From the NCBI GenBank assembly GCA_050950165.1, contig JBMNHC010000001.1, positions 453,744-517,743 on the forward strand: 64,000 nt of DNA, read 5' to 3'. A program made the position numbers and the translations under genes. Below the pieces are notes generated by a model. The model did not search any database, had not been told where the DNA came from, and saw only the letters and a list, made by a program, of their open reading frames with translations. Positions 54,589 through 63,678 of this stretch are shown in pieces. The DNA comes from Candidatus Dojkabacteria bacterium (GTDB lineage: Bacteria > Patescibacteriota > Dojkabacteria > SC72). Each line of letters begins with the position of its first letter. Position 1 is the first letter of the stretch.

Positions 54589-55905
54589 ATGGAGAGAGTA
54601 CCACCACAAAATTTAGAAGCAGAGAAGTCTGTATTAGGTTCTGTACTTCTGGACAAAGATGCTTTAATTAATGTCTCTGGTTGGTTACTTCCTGAACATT
54701 TCTATGACGAGAGACACTCCATCATATATCAAAATATATTAGAACTTTTTGAGAGTGGTTTACCTATTGATTTAGTAACGGTCTCTGATAGGTTAAAGAA
54801 GAAAAAGGTTTTAACTAAGGTAGGTGGTAGAGCATATCTAACAGAGCTAGCTTCTTTTGTTCCTACATCTGCTCATGCACAAGAGTATGGCAATATTGTT
54901 AAAGAGAATGCAACTAGAAGAGGGTTAATATCTTCTGCAGCTGAAATTACTAAGCTTTCAATGGATGAGAGTGTAGATATTGCAGAGGTTGTAGATAGGT
55001 CTGAGACTTTGCTTTTTAGTGTTGCTCAAGAGGGTATTAGGAATAACTTTGTTCATGTAAAAGAACTTCTTAAAGATGCATATGAGAGGGCTGCTCATGC
55101 AACTAGTTCTGATGATTACTCTGGTATCTCTACTGGTTTTAAAGAGATTGATATTTTACTTGGGGGTTTTCAAAAATCAGACCTAATTATTCTTGCTGCT
55201 AGACCTTCTGTTGGTAAAACGTCACTTGCACTAGATATGATGAGACATGCGTCTTTAGTAGAGAAGAAGAATGTAGCATTTTTCTCATTGGAGATGTCCA
55301 ATATGCAGATTATGGATCGTTTACTAGGTATGCAATCTGGTATTCCTTTCTGGGAGATTAGAACTAACAAATTAGATGATGAGAAGATTGTTAAGTTAGC
55401 AAATACAATGGGTGAGTTAGGAGATGCCAATCTCTTTGTTGATGATAGTGCTGGACAGCATATTAATCAGGTAAGAACGAAAGCGAGAAGGTTAGCTTTA
55501 GAGCACGGTGTCGATATTATCTTTGTTGACTATCTTCAACTTATGAGAGGAAGTAGTAAAGAGAGTAGAACATTGGAGGTTTCAGAGGTGTCTCAAGGTT
55601 TAAAGAATCTTGCTAAGGAGCTAAATATTCCTGTAGTTGCTCTTTCTCAACTATCTCGTGCAATTGAGCAGAGGCAGAGCAGAAGACCTCAGCTATCTGA
55701 CTTGAGAGAGTCTGGCTCTATTGAGCAGGATGCTGATGTTGTAATATTTTTGGATAGGGAAGAGACTTGGAATCCTGATACAGAAAAGAAGGGTGTTGCA
55801 GATGTCTTTATTGCTAAGCATAGGAATGGTCCTACTGGTTTGATAGAGTTGGCCTTTGTTAAGGATATTGCTAGTTTTAGAAATTTGTATAAAGGGACTA
55901 AATAG
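54589..55905 (+). CDS. dnaB: replicative DNA helicase DnaB
   Basis: N-terminal PPQNLEAEKSVLGSVL, Walker A AARPSVGKTSLALDM, Walker B IIFVDYLQLM, SQLSRAIEQR arginine-finger region. Confidence 0.9.
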   Translation: MERVPPQNLEAEKSVLGSVLLDKDALINVSGWLLPEHFYDERHSIIYQNILELFESGLPIDLVTVSDRLKKKKVLTKVGGRAYLTELASFVPTSAHAQEYGNIVKENATRRGLISSAAEITKLSMDESVDIAEVVDRSETLLFSVAQEGIRNNFVHVKELLKDAYERAAHATSSDDYSGISTGFKEIDILLGGFQKSDLIILAARPSVGKTSLALDMMRHASLVEKKNVAFFSLEMSNMQIMDRLLGMQSGIPFWEIRTNKLDDEKIVKLANTMGELGDANLFVDDSAGQHINQVRTKARRLALEHGVDIIFVDYLQLMRGSSKESRTLEVSEVSQGLKNLAKELNIPVVALSQLSRAIEQRQSRRPQLSDLRESGSIEQDADVVIFLDREETWNPDTEKKGVADVFIAKHRNGPTGLIELAFVKDIASFRNLYKGTK

Positions 55906-55946
55906 TGTGTACATAGTTGGGTTTGTTGGGATATAATACGGGGTAG

Positions 55947-56030
55947 GGTCGAGTGGTGGAACTGGCAGACACGCGGGACTCAAAATCCCGTACTAGCAAT
56001 AGTATGAGGGTTCAACTCCCTCCTCGACCA
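55947..56030 (+). tRNA. tRNA-Leu (anticodon CAA), long variable arm
   Basis: GGTCGAG/CTCGACC acceptor stem, anticodon stem CGGGA/TCCCG with loop CTCAAAA (anticodon CAA), long variable arm, GAGGGTTCAACTCCCTC T-arm. Confidence 0.8.
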
Positions 56031-56057
56031 TATATTTAAATATTTAATTAAAAAGAG

Positions 56058-56792
56058 ATGAACTTAGAAAATATAATTCTAGATTTCTTTAATTTTGTTG
56101 GTAATGTTAACTTCAATCTGTTTGGTATTGTTTTAGCACTATTAATACTTGTATTTTGGATAGTTTTAATTGGATGGGTATGGATAGATTCTGCAGAGAG
56201 GACATCTAACAAGCAGTGGAGATTAGCTTATCTCTTCTTAGTTATATTCTTTAATATACCTGGATTAATAATATATTTCATAATTAGACCTTCTGAGACA
56301 ATTGAACAGGTATATTGGGAAGATTTAGAGAGAAGATATCTTAAGTATGAGACAGCAGAGTTAGGAGATTGTTCTAAGTGTGGTAGTCAATTACTTCCAG
56401 GATATGTATTCTGCGTAAATTGTGGTAATGAGATTAAAAGAAAGTGTCCTAATTGTCAGATTTTAATTATAAAGGGAGTAAAGTTTTGTCCTCATTGTGG
56501 TACTCAAGTTGCTGAGAAAGCTACTCAACAAGAGCAACCTAGTGTGGAGGTAATGGAGCAACAGATACTTGCTAACAAGGAGCATATGGTAGATACAGTT
56601 GAGTCAGATAAACTTAGATACAAACAGAGAGGGGACTTCATTGTAAAGCTAGGTGATGTTGTAATTGGGGGATGGAAGAAGCTAACAGGGGCTGAAAAGA
56701 AAGAAGATGAACAGAAGAGTGAGCAAGATGTTGTTAAGAGTGAGAGAGTAGATAAAAAGAAGAGAAAGAAGAAGAAGAGAAGAAAAAAGTAA
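56058..56792 (+). CDS. membrane protein with cytoplasmic double zinc-ribbon and poly-Lys/Arg tail (hypothetical)
   Basis: Two N-terminal TM helices, then CSKCGSQ...CVNCGNE...CPNCQ...CPHCGTQ (two CxxC pairs x2). C-terminal KKKRKKKKRRKK. Confidence 0.45.
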   Translation: MNLENIILDFFNFVGNVNFNLFGIVLALLILVFWIVLIGWVWIDSAERTSNKQWRLAYLFLVIFFNIPGLIIYFIIRPSETIEQVYWEDLERRYLKYETAELGDCSKCGSQLLPGYVFCVNCGNEIKRKCPNCQILIIKGVKFCPHCGTQVAEKATQQEQPSVEVMEQQILANKEHMVDTVESDKLRYKQRGDFIVKLGDVVIGGWKKLTGAEKKEDEQKSEQDVVKSERVDKKKRKKKKRRKK

Positions 56793-56834
56793 TTTTTGAT
56801 AAAATGGTAGTATTAATGTATTAGGAGTACTGCT

Positions 56835-57641
56835 GTGTTAGGTTGGTTTTCTACTATTAAGAGTTTTATCATGGGAATTAACCCACTGTTTGTTCTTCTG
56901 TTTGTATTTTTTGTTGGTCTTTATGTATTCTGGAGGGGTAGTGCTGAGTCTAGAAAGAATAGGTCTTCTGTATTTGATATGTTTTTTATATCCGGTTTTC
57001 TAAGTTCAGTAGTTGGTAGAGTAGTTTATATCATTGTGGAGTGGGCTAAGTTCTCATCTTTCATATGGTATTGGATCCCTTATGAAAAATATGGAGAGAA
57101 GATATTCCTCTTTAGATTACTTCCGTGGAGATTTTTTGCTATCTGGGATGGTGGACTAGTCATACTTGCTATGTTTGTATCTATGATTATTTTTATGACT
57201 ATCTATGCATTAGTAATTAAAAAATGGAAATGGAAACATATGTTCTTCCCTATATATTTCTCATCTTCTATGATGTTGGGTCTAACATTTGTTTTAACAG
57301 GTGTTGCAGATGAGTTTACAGATTGGATATATAAGGGGGTGATATTAATTTCATTCTTAGTAGTATTTTTTGTTCTATACAAGGTTATATATATAATAGT
57401 GAAGAAACCTTTAAGAGAGAAACTCCTTATTGGATATCTAGGTCTTTTAATAACATGGATATCTTCAGCATATATTGCGTATATATATATAGTAGATGAT
57501 CTCTCAGTGTATGAGGATGTACTTCTTCTGATATTTGTACTTTGGTCATTGGTAATGGGAATATTCTTCTTAATTGATTTAAGAAGGCCTAATTTAAAAA
57601 TAGAGACAAGATCCACGATTAGATCAGTCAGTATTTCTTAG
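56835..57641 (+). CDS. lgt: prolipoprotein diacylglyceryl transferase (divergent)
   Basis: SGFLSSVVGRVVYIIV and AIWDGGLVILAM align to the E. coli Lgt motifs GFLGVFLGGRIGYVLF and RVWDGGMSFHGG. ~7 TM helices. Adjacent to lspA. Confidence 0.5.
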   Translation: MLGWFSTIKSFIMGINPLFVLLFVFFVGLYVFWRGSAESRKNRSSVFDMFFISGFLSSVVGRVVYIIVEWAKFSSFIWYWIPYEKYGEKIFLFRLLPWRFFAIWDGGLVILAMFVSMIIFMTIYALVIKKWKWKHMFFPIYFSSSMMLGLTFVLTGVADEFTDWIYKGVILISFLVVFFVLYKVIYIIVKKPLREKLLIGYLGLLITWISSAYIAYIYIVDDLSVYEDVLLLIFVLWSLVMGIFFLIDLRRPNLKIETRSTIRSVSIS

Positions 57642-57642
57642 T

Positions 57643-58041
57643 ATGAGAGTAGGTAGATATATATTAGTAATTTCTCTTTTAATATCTTTTATTAATTTTT
57701 GCTTACCGTATGTTTTAGATATCGAATGTATTGAGAATAGGGGTGTTGCTTTTGGTTTAGTTATTGAAAAGGTTTGGATATTTATTCTAATTGTTCTTCT
57801 TTTACTTCTCTTTCTTAGTTTTATCACAAGAGGAATTCTTAGGTATCTATTTTTCAGTATTGTTGTACTAGGTATGACTAATCTAGTAGAGAGATTAATT
57901 AATGGATATATCTGTGATTACATTACTTTCTTTAATCTTTCTATTAACTTAGTGGATATATCCCTTACTATCTTGGTAATATTTACTATTCTAATTCTTT
58001 TAAAAGGAGGCTATGGAGATACAGATAGAGAGAGAAAGTGA
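57643..58041 (+). CDS. lspA: lipoprotein signal peptidase II
   Basis: ENRGVAFGL (N.GAAFG motif) and NLVERLINGYICDYITF...NLVDISLTI (GN..DR...G.VVDF....FNvAD). 4 TM helices. Confidence 0.6.
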   Translation: MRVGRYILVISLLISFINFCLPYVLDIECIENRGVAFGLVIEKVWIFILIVLLLLLFLSFITRGILRYLFFSIVVLGMTNLVERLINGYICDYITFFNLSINLVDISLTILVIFTILILLKGGYGDTDRERK

Positions 58042-58978
58042 TGGTAAGAGGGTAGATATATATCTTTTTGAGCTTTTAAACAGAGAGGGTATATATATTA
58101 CGAGAAATATTGTACAGAATTTCTTGTCTAAGGGGTGCAAAGTAAATGGTAAAGGTTGTAAAAAGTCTTACAAGTTGAAAGAAGGAGATCTATTCTCTGT
58201 AGATATTGCATATTGGAAAGAGTTAATATCCAATTTGGATTTGAGTGAGAAGATATTACCACAGAAAGGTAATTTAGATATTAGGTATGAGGATAGTGAT
58301 TTAATTGTTCTGTACAAACCTAAGGGTTTAATTGTACATCCTGGTGTAGGGAATGTGGATGGTACATTAGCCAATCATATCCGCCACTATTTAGAGTTTA
58401 AAGGTGAGTATGACAAACTAGTCGAGAGAGGAGGGATTGTTCATAGATTGGATAAGGGGGTTAGTGGTTTAATGGTTGTTGCTAAGAACAAAAGGATACA
58501 GGAATATTTAAAAAGTCTTTTCAAAAATCGAGAGGTAATTAAGATATATAGGGCTAGGGTGGAGGTAGTAGGTAATGGTTCTAAGTATACAGAATTTGAA
58601 CAGAATATTGATATCAAAAAATATCTTTTAGAGATGAATATATCTTTTGAACCTTGGAAAGAGTGGACTAATGTGAGAGGATATATCGGTAGATCAAGAA
58701 AAAACAGGTATAAGATGGAGTTTAGACCGTATGAGTTTGTTGGTTCTAAGTATGCTCTAAGCTATATCCTAAAGTCTACAGATGAGGTGTTGATAAAGAT
58801 AGAGACAGGAAGAATGCATCAAATTAGAGCTACACTGGAGTATTTTAATCTGCATATTCTAGGAGACTCTCTATACGGTACAACAAAAGAAGATGAAAAA
58901 AGAGATGGTATGGAATTGGAGTCAGTTCTCTTAAGTTTTAAGAGTGTAGATGGTAATAGATTAACTTTTAGAGTTTAG
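58013..58978 (+). CDS. rluD: RluA-family 23S rRNA pseudouridine synthase (RluD-like, N-terminal S4 domain)
   Basis: HRLDKGVSGLMVVAKN catalytic Asp motif; N-terminal S4-like RVDIYLFELL. Confidence 0.8.
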   Translation: MEIQIERESDGKRVDIYLFELLNREGIYITRNIVQNFLSKGCKVNGKGCKKSYKLKEGDLFSVDIAYWKELISNLDLSEKILPQKGNLDIRYEDSDLIVLYKPKGLIVHPGVGNVDGTLANHIRHYLEFKGEYDKLVERGGIVHRLDKGVSGLMVVAKNKRIQEYLKSLFKNREVIKIYRARVEVVGNGSKYTEFEQNIDIKKYLLEMNISFEPWKEWTNVRGYIGRSRKNRYKMEFRPYEFVGSKYALSYILKSTDEVLIKIETGRMHQIRATLEYFNLHILGDSLYGTTKEDEKRDGMELESVLLSFKSVDGNRLTFRV

Positions 58979-58980
58979 TA

Positions 58981-60189
58981 ATGGTAAAAAGAGCAAAAAG
59001 ATATAAAGGGACTAAAAGTAAGTTTGTTTTTAATTTCAATTTTAACTGGAAAAGGTTCTCTGTTATTCTTCTGTTTGTTTTAATATCTGCATTTACTATT
59101 TATAGATATTTTGAGTTTGTTAACATTCAACTTAAAGATCCCGTTAAGGAGTATGAAACAGTACAATATCTTTTGAGAAGATATCCAGACTCTTTTAAAA
59201 GGACTCTTGTAGTGTTTGAAGATGAAGAGGAGGGAGAGGAAAAGGTAAAGCATGTGTATCTTTATGCGCATAACTCTGTAAAGAATATGTCTGTTTTAAT
59301 ATATATTCCTAATTGGGTTCTCTATACAGGAATGGAGGGTGACTTTGGTAGTGCTGTAGCGATTGCAGGTTTTAGATATGCAGGAGAGTTTAAACAACAG
59401 GGTAGGGGTGTAGAGTATGCTATTTGGCAGTTAGAGGAGCTTTTGGGTATGAAGATAGATGAGTATATCTGGTTTGATTCTAGTTCTTTCTTAGCTTTTA
59501 AAGAGGGTTTAGGAGATATCTCTCCTAATACTTCTTTTGCACAATATTACAAAAATGGAGGTGAGATATCAGATAGTGTGTTTTTCTTTAATAGCTTTGT
59601 GTCTAAATTAAATTGGTTTAACCTGTTATTTTCAGATAGTAGGTTTAGTAATTTTAATCCTACAATATATTCTTCCTACTTTACCTTTCCTCAAGTTATT
59701 GCAGAACTAAGAAAGATTAATACTAGTATTTTAAATATAAAGCCTTATGTAATTGATTTAGGTCTTTCACAATATCTTCTTCAAAAGGAGTACGAGGAAG
59801 AAGGTGGTATTAAAAACTATCTTCTACCTCAGGCATTTGATACTGTTTGGAGAGAGAAAACAGAGAGAATGTATGAGAAAGAGATGGAGAGAGAGAGAGT
59901 TAGAATCGAGGTTTACAATGGAAGTAATATCTCGGGTAAAGCGTATTCATTTGGTAGAAAGATTTCTAATTCAGGAGCAGAGGTAGTTAGGTTTGATAAT
60001 GCACCGTCTGTAGAGGATAGTACAAAATTCTATGTTCCTAATATGCAAGATTTTGATTACTCATTTAAAGTAGTAGAGGATCTGTTTCCTGGTAAGTATG
60101 AACTTATTGAAGGTAGACCTTCTTTTATGACAACAGGAGATATTGTCATTATCTTAGGTAAAGATATATCTACGATGTTTTCATTCTAG
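58981..60189 (+). CDS. LytR-CpsA-Psr (LCP) family protein with LytR_C domain
   Basis: N-terminal TM. Central LCP-like region (VLIYIPNW...GFRYAGEF). C-terminal RIEVYNGSNISGKAYSFGRKISNSGAEVVRFDNAP matches the LytR C-terminal domain pattern. Confidence 0.5.
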   Translation: MVKRAKRYKGTKSKFVFNFNFNWKRFSVILLFVLISAFTIYRYFEFVNIQLKDPVKEYETVQYLLRRYPDSFKRTLVVFEDEEEGEEKVKHVYLYAHNSVKNMSVLIYIPNWVLYTGMEGDFGSAVAIAGFRYAGEFKQQGRGVEYAIWQLEELLGMKIDEYIWFDSSSFLAFKEGLGDISPNTSFAQYYKNGGEISDSVFFFNSFVSKLNWFNLLFSDSRFSNFNPTIYSSYFTFPQVIAELRKINTSILNIKPYVIDLGLSQYLLQKEYEEEGGIKNYLLPQAFDTVWREKTERMYEKEMERERVRIEVYNGSNISGKAYSFGRKISNSGAEVVRFDNAPSVEDSTKFYVPNMQDFDYSFKVVEDLFPGKYELIEGRPSFMTTGDIVIILGKDISTMFSF

Positions 60190-60224
60190 GGTTATTTAAA
60201 ATATCTCATTTCTAATGTAGAATA

Positions 60225-62714
60225 TTGATTACTATGTTAACTGTTTTAGGAATTTTACTTTTACTTTCTCTAATCTTTGTTCTTTTTGTACTTTTTGTTG
60301 TAAACAGGAAGAAAGAAGAGGAGATAGATATGTTAGAAGAGATACGAAATCCTCTAGTTATGCAGATACTTGTTCCTAGAGAGAATGATAAGACACCTCT
60401 TGCAGCAGAGCAGATGTTTGCCTCTATTCATGGTATTTTAGGTGATTCTATTAAATCTTTTGATCTGATTAGTTTTGAGATCTCATCTAGTGGAGATGAG
60501 GGTATTAAATTCTATGTTGTAATTCCTCAGCATCTTGCTAAGTTTGTAGAGGGTCAGATATATGCTCAGTATCCTAACGCAGATATTACATATACCACGG
60601 ATTACTGTGAGAGGAAGAATTCAGAGATGAAACTTTTTGTAACTACTGGGGAGGTAGAGCTAGAGAAGGATTTTATCTTTCCAATTAAAACGTTTAGAAA
60701 CTTTGAAGTTGATCCTTTGGCAGCAATTACAGGAGCGGTTTCAGACTTAAAGCTAGGAGAGCATGCTTGGATTCAGATTATTGTTAGACCTGTTTCTAAC
60801 TATTGGCAGGGTAGTTCTAAAAAATATATTATGGCAATTAGAGAGGGTAAGAATCCTTACGGAGAGAGTTTCTGGGACAAAATATCTTTACTTTTACAGA
60901 GTATAGGGAAGAGTCTTTCTGAAAGTAGTAGTAGTGAGCCACAAAGAAAAGAGGTTGTAAAATTAGAGCCTGGGCAGGAGGAAGAGCTTTCGGAGATTGA
61001 AAACAAGATGTTAAAGTTAGGTTTTGAGTTTTGTATTAGGGTTGTTACAAAGGCACCTACACAGATAGAGTCGGAGCAGATATTGAGAGATATTGTAGCT
61101 AGTTTTAAACAGTTTACTACAGCACATTTGAATAGTTTTGTACACTCTGTTCCTACTAAGGATGGAGTGGAGATGTATGCTGACTTTATCAAAAGATATC
61201 TCTCTAGGGAGACGGTAGATATATTGAATATTGAGGAGTTAGCTTCTCTTTACCATATGCCTAATATTTCAGTAGAGACTCCCAATATTGCATGGAGTAG
61301 GTCTAAGAAGTTAGAGCCTCCTATGAATCTTCCTAAGGCAGTTGATGATGGTGTTACTGTTTTTGCGGAAACAGATTACAGAGGAGCAAAGGAAGAGTTT
61401 GGTATTAAGAGAGAGGATAGGAGGAAGCATTTTTACATTTTAGGAAAAACAGGTGTAGGTAAGTCTACTGTATTTAAGAACATGTTTATCTCTGACATAC
61501 TCAGAGGTGAGGGAGCATGTATTGTAGATCCTCACGGTGAGCTAGTAGAAGAGTTGTTAGACTTTATTCCTCCTGAGAGAGTAGAGGATGTAATATATTT
61601 TAATCCTACAGATACACAATATCCAATAGGTTTTAACCTTTTAGAGTTAGAGGATAAGTCTCAGAGAGATTTAATAGCGGATGGTGTTGTAGAGGTGTTT
61701 AAGAAGCAGTTTGGAGATTCCTGGGGTCCTAGATTGCAATATATTTTGACTAATACTGTAGCTACTGCACTGGAGGCACAAAATACTACACTTCTTTCTG
61801 TGCCTCGTCTGCTTACAGATAAAAACTACCGTAAATTTATCCTAAAGCATGTAGATGATCCGATATTAATAAAGTTCTGGGAGGATGAGTTTGCTCAGAT
61901 GAGTCAGAATCAGAAACTTTTAGCAGAGGCTATCTCTCCGATACAAAACAAGGTGGGTCGTTTTATCTCTTCTGCTGTAACAAGGAATATAATAGGGCAG
62001 GTTAAGTCTACGATAGATTTGAGAGAGATAATGGATAGTAAAAAGATTTTGCTTGTTAATCTTGCACAGGGTAGGCTTGGTGAGGAGACAGCGTCTCTTC
62101 TTGGGGGTATGATAATTACTAGGTTACAATCTACAGCTCTTGAGAGAGTGGATATGCCTGCGGATGAGAGAAATGACTTTTTCTTGTTTGTAGATGAGTT
62201 TCAGAATTTTGCAACAGATTCTTTTGCTAAGATTCTTTCAGAGGCAAGAAAGTTTAGGTTAGATCTTTGTATGACTAATCAATATATTGATCAGCTTCCT
62301 TTAACTGTTAGACAAGCGATATTTGGTAATGTTGGTACTTTGGGTTCTTTTGTAGTTAGTCAGTCGGATGCAGCTGTACTTGAGAAGGAGTTTGCTCCTA
62401 ATGTGTCTTCTGCTGATTTAGTTTCTTTAGATGCTCACTCCATGTACATTAAGTTATGTATTGATGGTATGACATCAAATACTTTTAGTGCTAGGTCTTT
62501 GCCTCCTAGGTTTGAGCCTTTTGGCCTTAGAGAGAGGGTAGTTGCTCACTCTAGAGAGATGTATGGTGTTCCTAAGGAGGTAATTGAAGAGAAGATTGTT
62601 AGGTGGAGTAATCAGGCATATAGTGAGAAGGGTAATAGGTCGGTTGCAAAGAAAGAGAAGGTGTCTGTTAAAAAGCAGGATGATGGTCAGTATGAGATAG
62701 AGATTAAGGAGTAA
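60225..62714 (+). CDS. membrane-anchored P-loop NTPase of the TraG/VirD4/HerA (DUF87-like) superfamily
   Basis: N-terminal TM (MITMLTVLGILLLLSLIFVLFVLFVV). Walker A HFYILGKTGVGKST followed by IVDPHGE. Walker B FFLFVDEFQNF. 829 aa. Confidence 0.55.
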   Translation: MITMLTVLGILLLLSLIFVLFVLFVVNRKKEEEIDMLEEIRNPLVMQILVPRENDKTPLAAEQMFASIHGILGDSIKSFDLISFEISSSGDEGIKFYVVIPQHLAKFVEGQIYAQYPNADITYTTDYCERKNSEMKLFVTTGEVELEKDFIFPIKTFRNFEVDPLAAITGAVSDLKLGEHAWIQIIVRPVSNYWQGSSKKYIMAIREGKNPYGESFWDKISLLLQSIGKSLSESSSSEPQRKEVVKLEPGQEEELSEIENKMLKLGFEFCIRVVTKAPTQIESEQILRDIVASFKQFTTAHLNSFVHSVPTKDGVEMYADFIKRYLSRETVDILNIEELASLYHMPNISVETPNIAWSRSKKLEPPMNLPKAVDDGVTVFAETDYRGAKEEFGIKREDRRKHFYILGKTGVGKSTVFKNMFISDILRGEGACIVDPHGELVEELLDFIPPERVEDVIYFNPTDTQYPIGFNLLELEDKSQRDLIADGVVEVFKKQFGDSWGPRLQYILTNTVATALEAQNTTLLSVPRLLTDKNYRKFILKHVDDPILIKFWEDEFAQMSQNQKLLAEAISPIQNKVGRFISSAVTRNIIGQVKSTIDLREIMDSKKILLVNLAQGRLGEETASLLGGMIITRLQSTALERVDMPADERNDFFLFVDEFQNFATDSFAKILSEARKFRLDLCMTNQYIDQLPLTVRQAIFGNVGTLGSFVVSQSDAAVLEKEFAPNVSSADLVSLDAHSMYIKLCIDGMTSNTFSARSLPPRFEPFGLRERVVAHSREMYGVPKEVIEEKIVRWSNQAYSEKGNRSVAKKEKVSVKKQDDGQYEIEIKE

Positions 62715-62724
62715 TATAGAATTG

Positions 62725-62830
62725 CAGAACACCCCATAGTATGATATAATGCCATATATTCAATATCTTAGTATGTTCAATAGGGGAACTTTTTACATAT
62801 GTATGTTTAAGGTTCCCCTTTAGTCTTTTA
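62725..62830 (+). repeat. short intergenic repeat, copy 2 (longer form, with an internal AGGGGAAC...GTTCCCCT hairpin and a TATAAT-like box)
   Basis: Shares CAGAACACCCCATAGT and ATGTATGTTTAAGGTTCCCCTTTA blocks with 36795..36845. An extra ~65-nt insert contains GATATAAT and the first hairpin arm (62782..62789), pairing with 62812..62819. Confidence 0.7.
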
Positions 62831-62881
62831 AGATATATATCCTTTGTGATAGAATAGTGTGTTAATATTGTATTTCTGTAT

Positions 62882-63661
62882 ATGTCAGGACATTCTAAGT
62901 GGTCTACGATTAGACATAAAAAAGCAATTAATGATGCTAAAAAAGGCAAGATTTTTTCTAAACTCTCTACACAGATAACTCATGCAGCTAGACAAGGTGG
63001 AGCTGATCCACAGATGAATCCTAGTTTAAGATTGTATGTTGATAAAGCTAAAAGTGTGGGATTTCCTGTTGATAGTATAGAGAGGGCAATTGCTAAAGGA
63101 GTAGGTGAAGGAGGAGGTCTTTCTTTTGAAGAAGTAGTGTATGAAGGTTTCGGTCCTCATGGAGTACAACTTCTAATTGATACTTTGACGGATAATAAGA
63201 ATAGGACTGTTTCAGATTTAAGAAAACTACTTGAAGAAGTAGGTGGTACTCTTAGTGCTGAAGGTTCAGTTTCTTGGAATTTTGATACAAAGGGATTAGT
63301 AATACTTAAAGCTGGTCGTATGCAAGAGGCAGAAAAATATGGTCAGGAGGATACATATATTGCAGAGGATAGGGAGAAAGTGATGTTAGATGTAATGGAT
63401 ATTGAGGGTGTTGAAGATATTAAGGAGATAGATATTGATGGTGTAGAAGGGTTAGAAGTATATACCTCTTACAATGCACTAGCTAAAGTTAGAGATGCAA
63501 TCTCTGATTTAGGGTATGTTGTAGAAGAGGCAGAGATAGTTAAAGAGTCAAAGACTAAAAAGAGATTAGAAGGTAAAGAGCTAGAAGATGTGAAGAGTGC
63601 ATTAGAGAGAATAGAGGACAGTGATGATGTACAGAGTGTGTGGAGTGATTTAGAAGAGTAG
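62882..63661 (+). CDS. yebC: YebC/PmpR-family transcriptional regulatory protein
   Basis: MSGHSKWSTIRHKKAINDAKKGKIFSKL N-terminus is diagnostic of YebC. Confidence 0.85.
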   Translation: MSGHSKWSTIRHKKAINDAKKGKIFSKLSTQITHAARQGGADPQMNPSLRLYVDKAKSVGFPVDSIERAIAKGVGEGGGLSFEEVVYEGFGPHGVQLLIDTLTDNKNRTVSDLRKLLEEVGGTLSAEGSVSWNFDTKGLVILKAGRMQEAEKYGQEDTYIAEDREKVMLDVMDIEGVEDIKEIDIDGVEGLEVYTSYNALAKVRDAISDLGYVVEEAEIVKESKTKKRLEGKELEDVKSALERIEDSDDVQSVWSDLEE

Positions 63662-63678
63662 AAAGTGTAAAATATACT

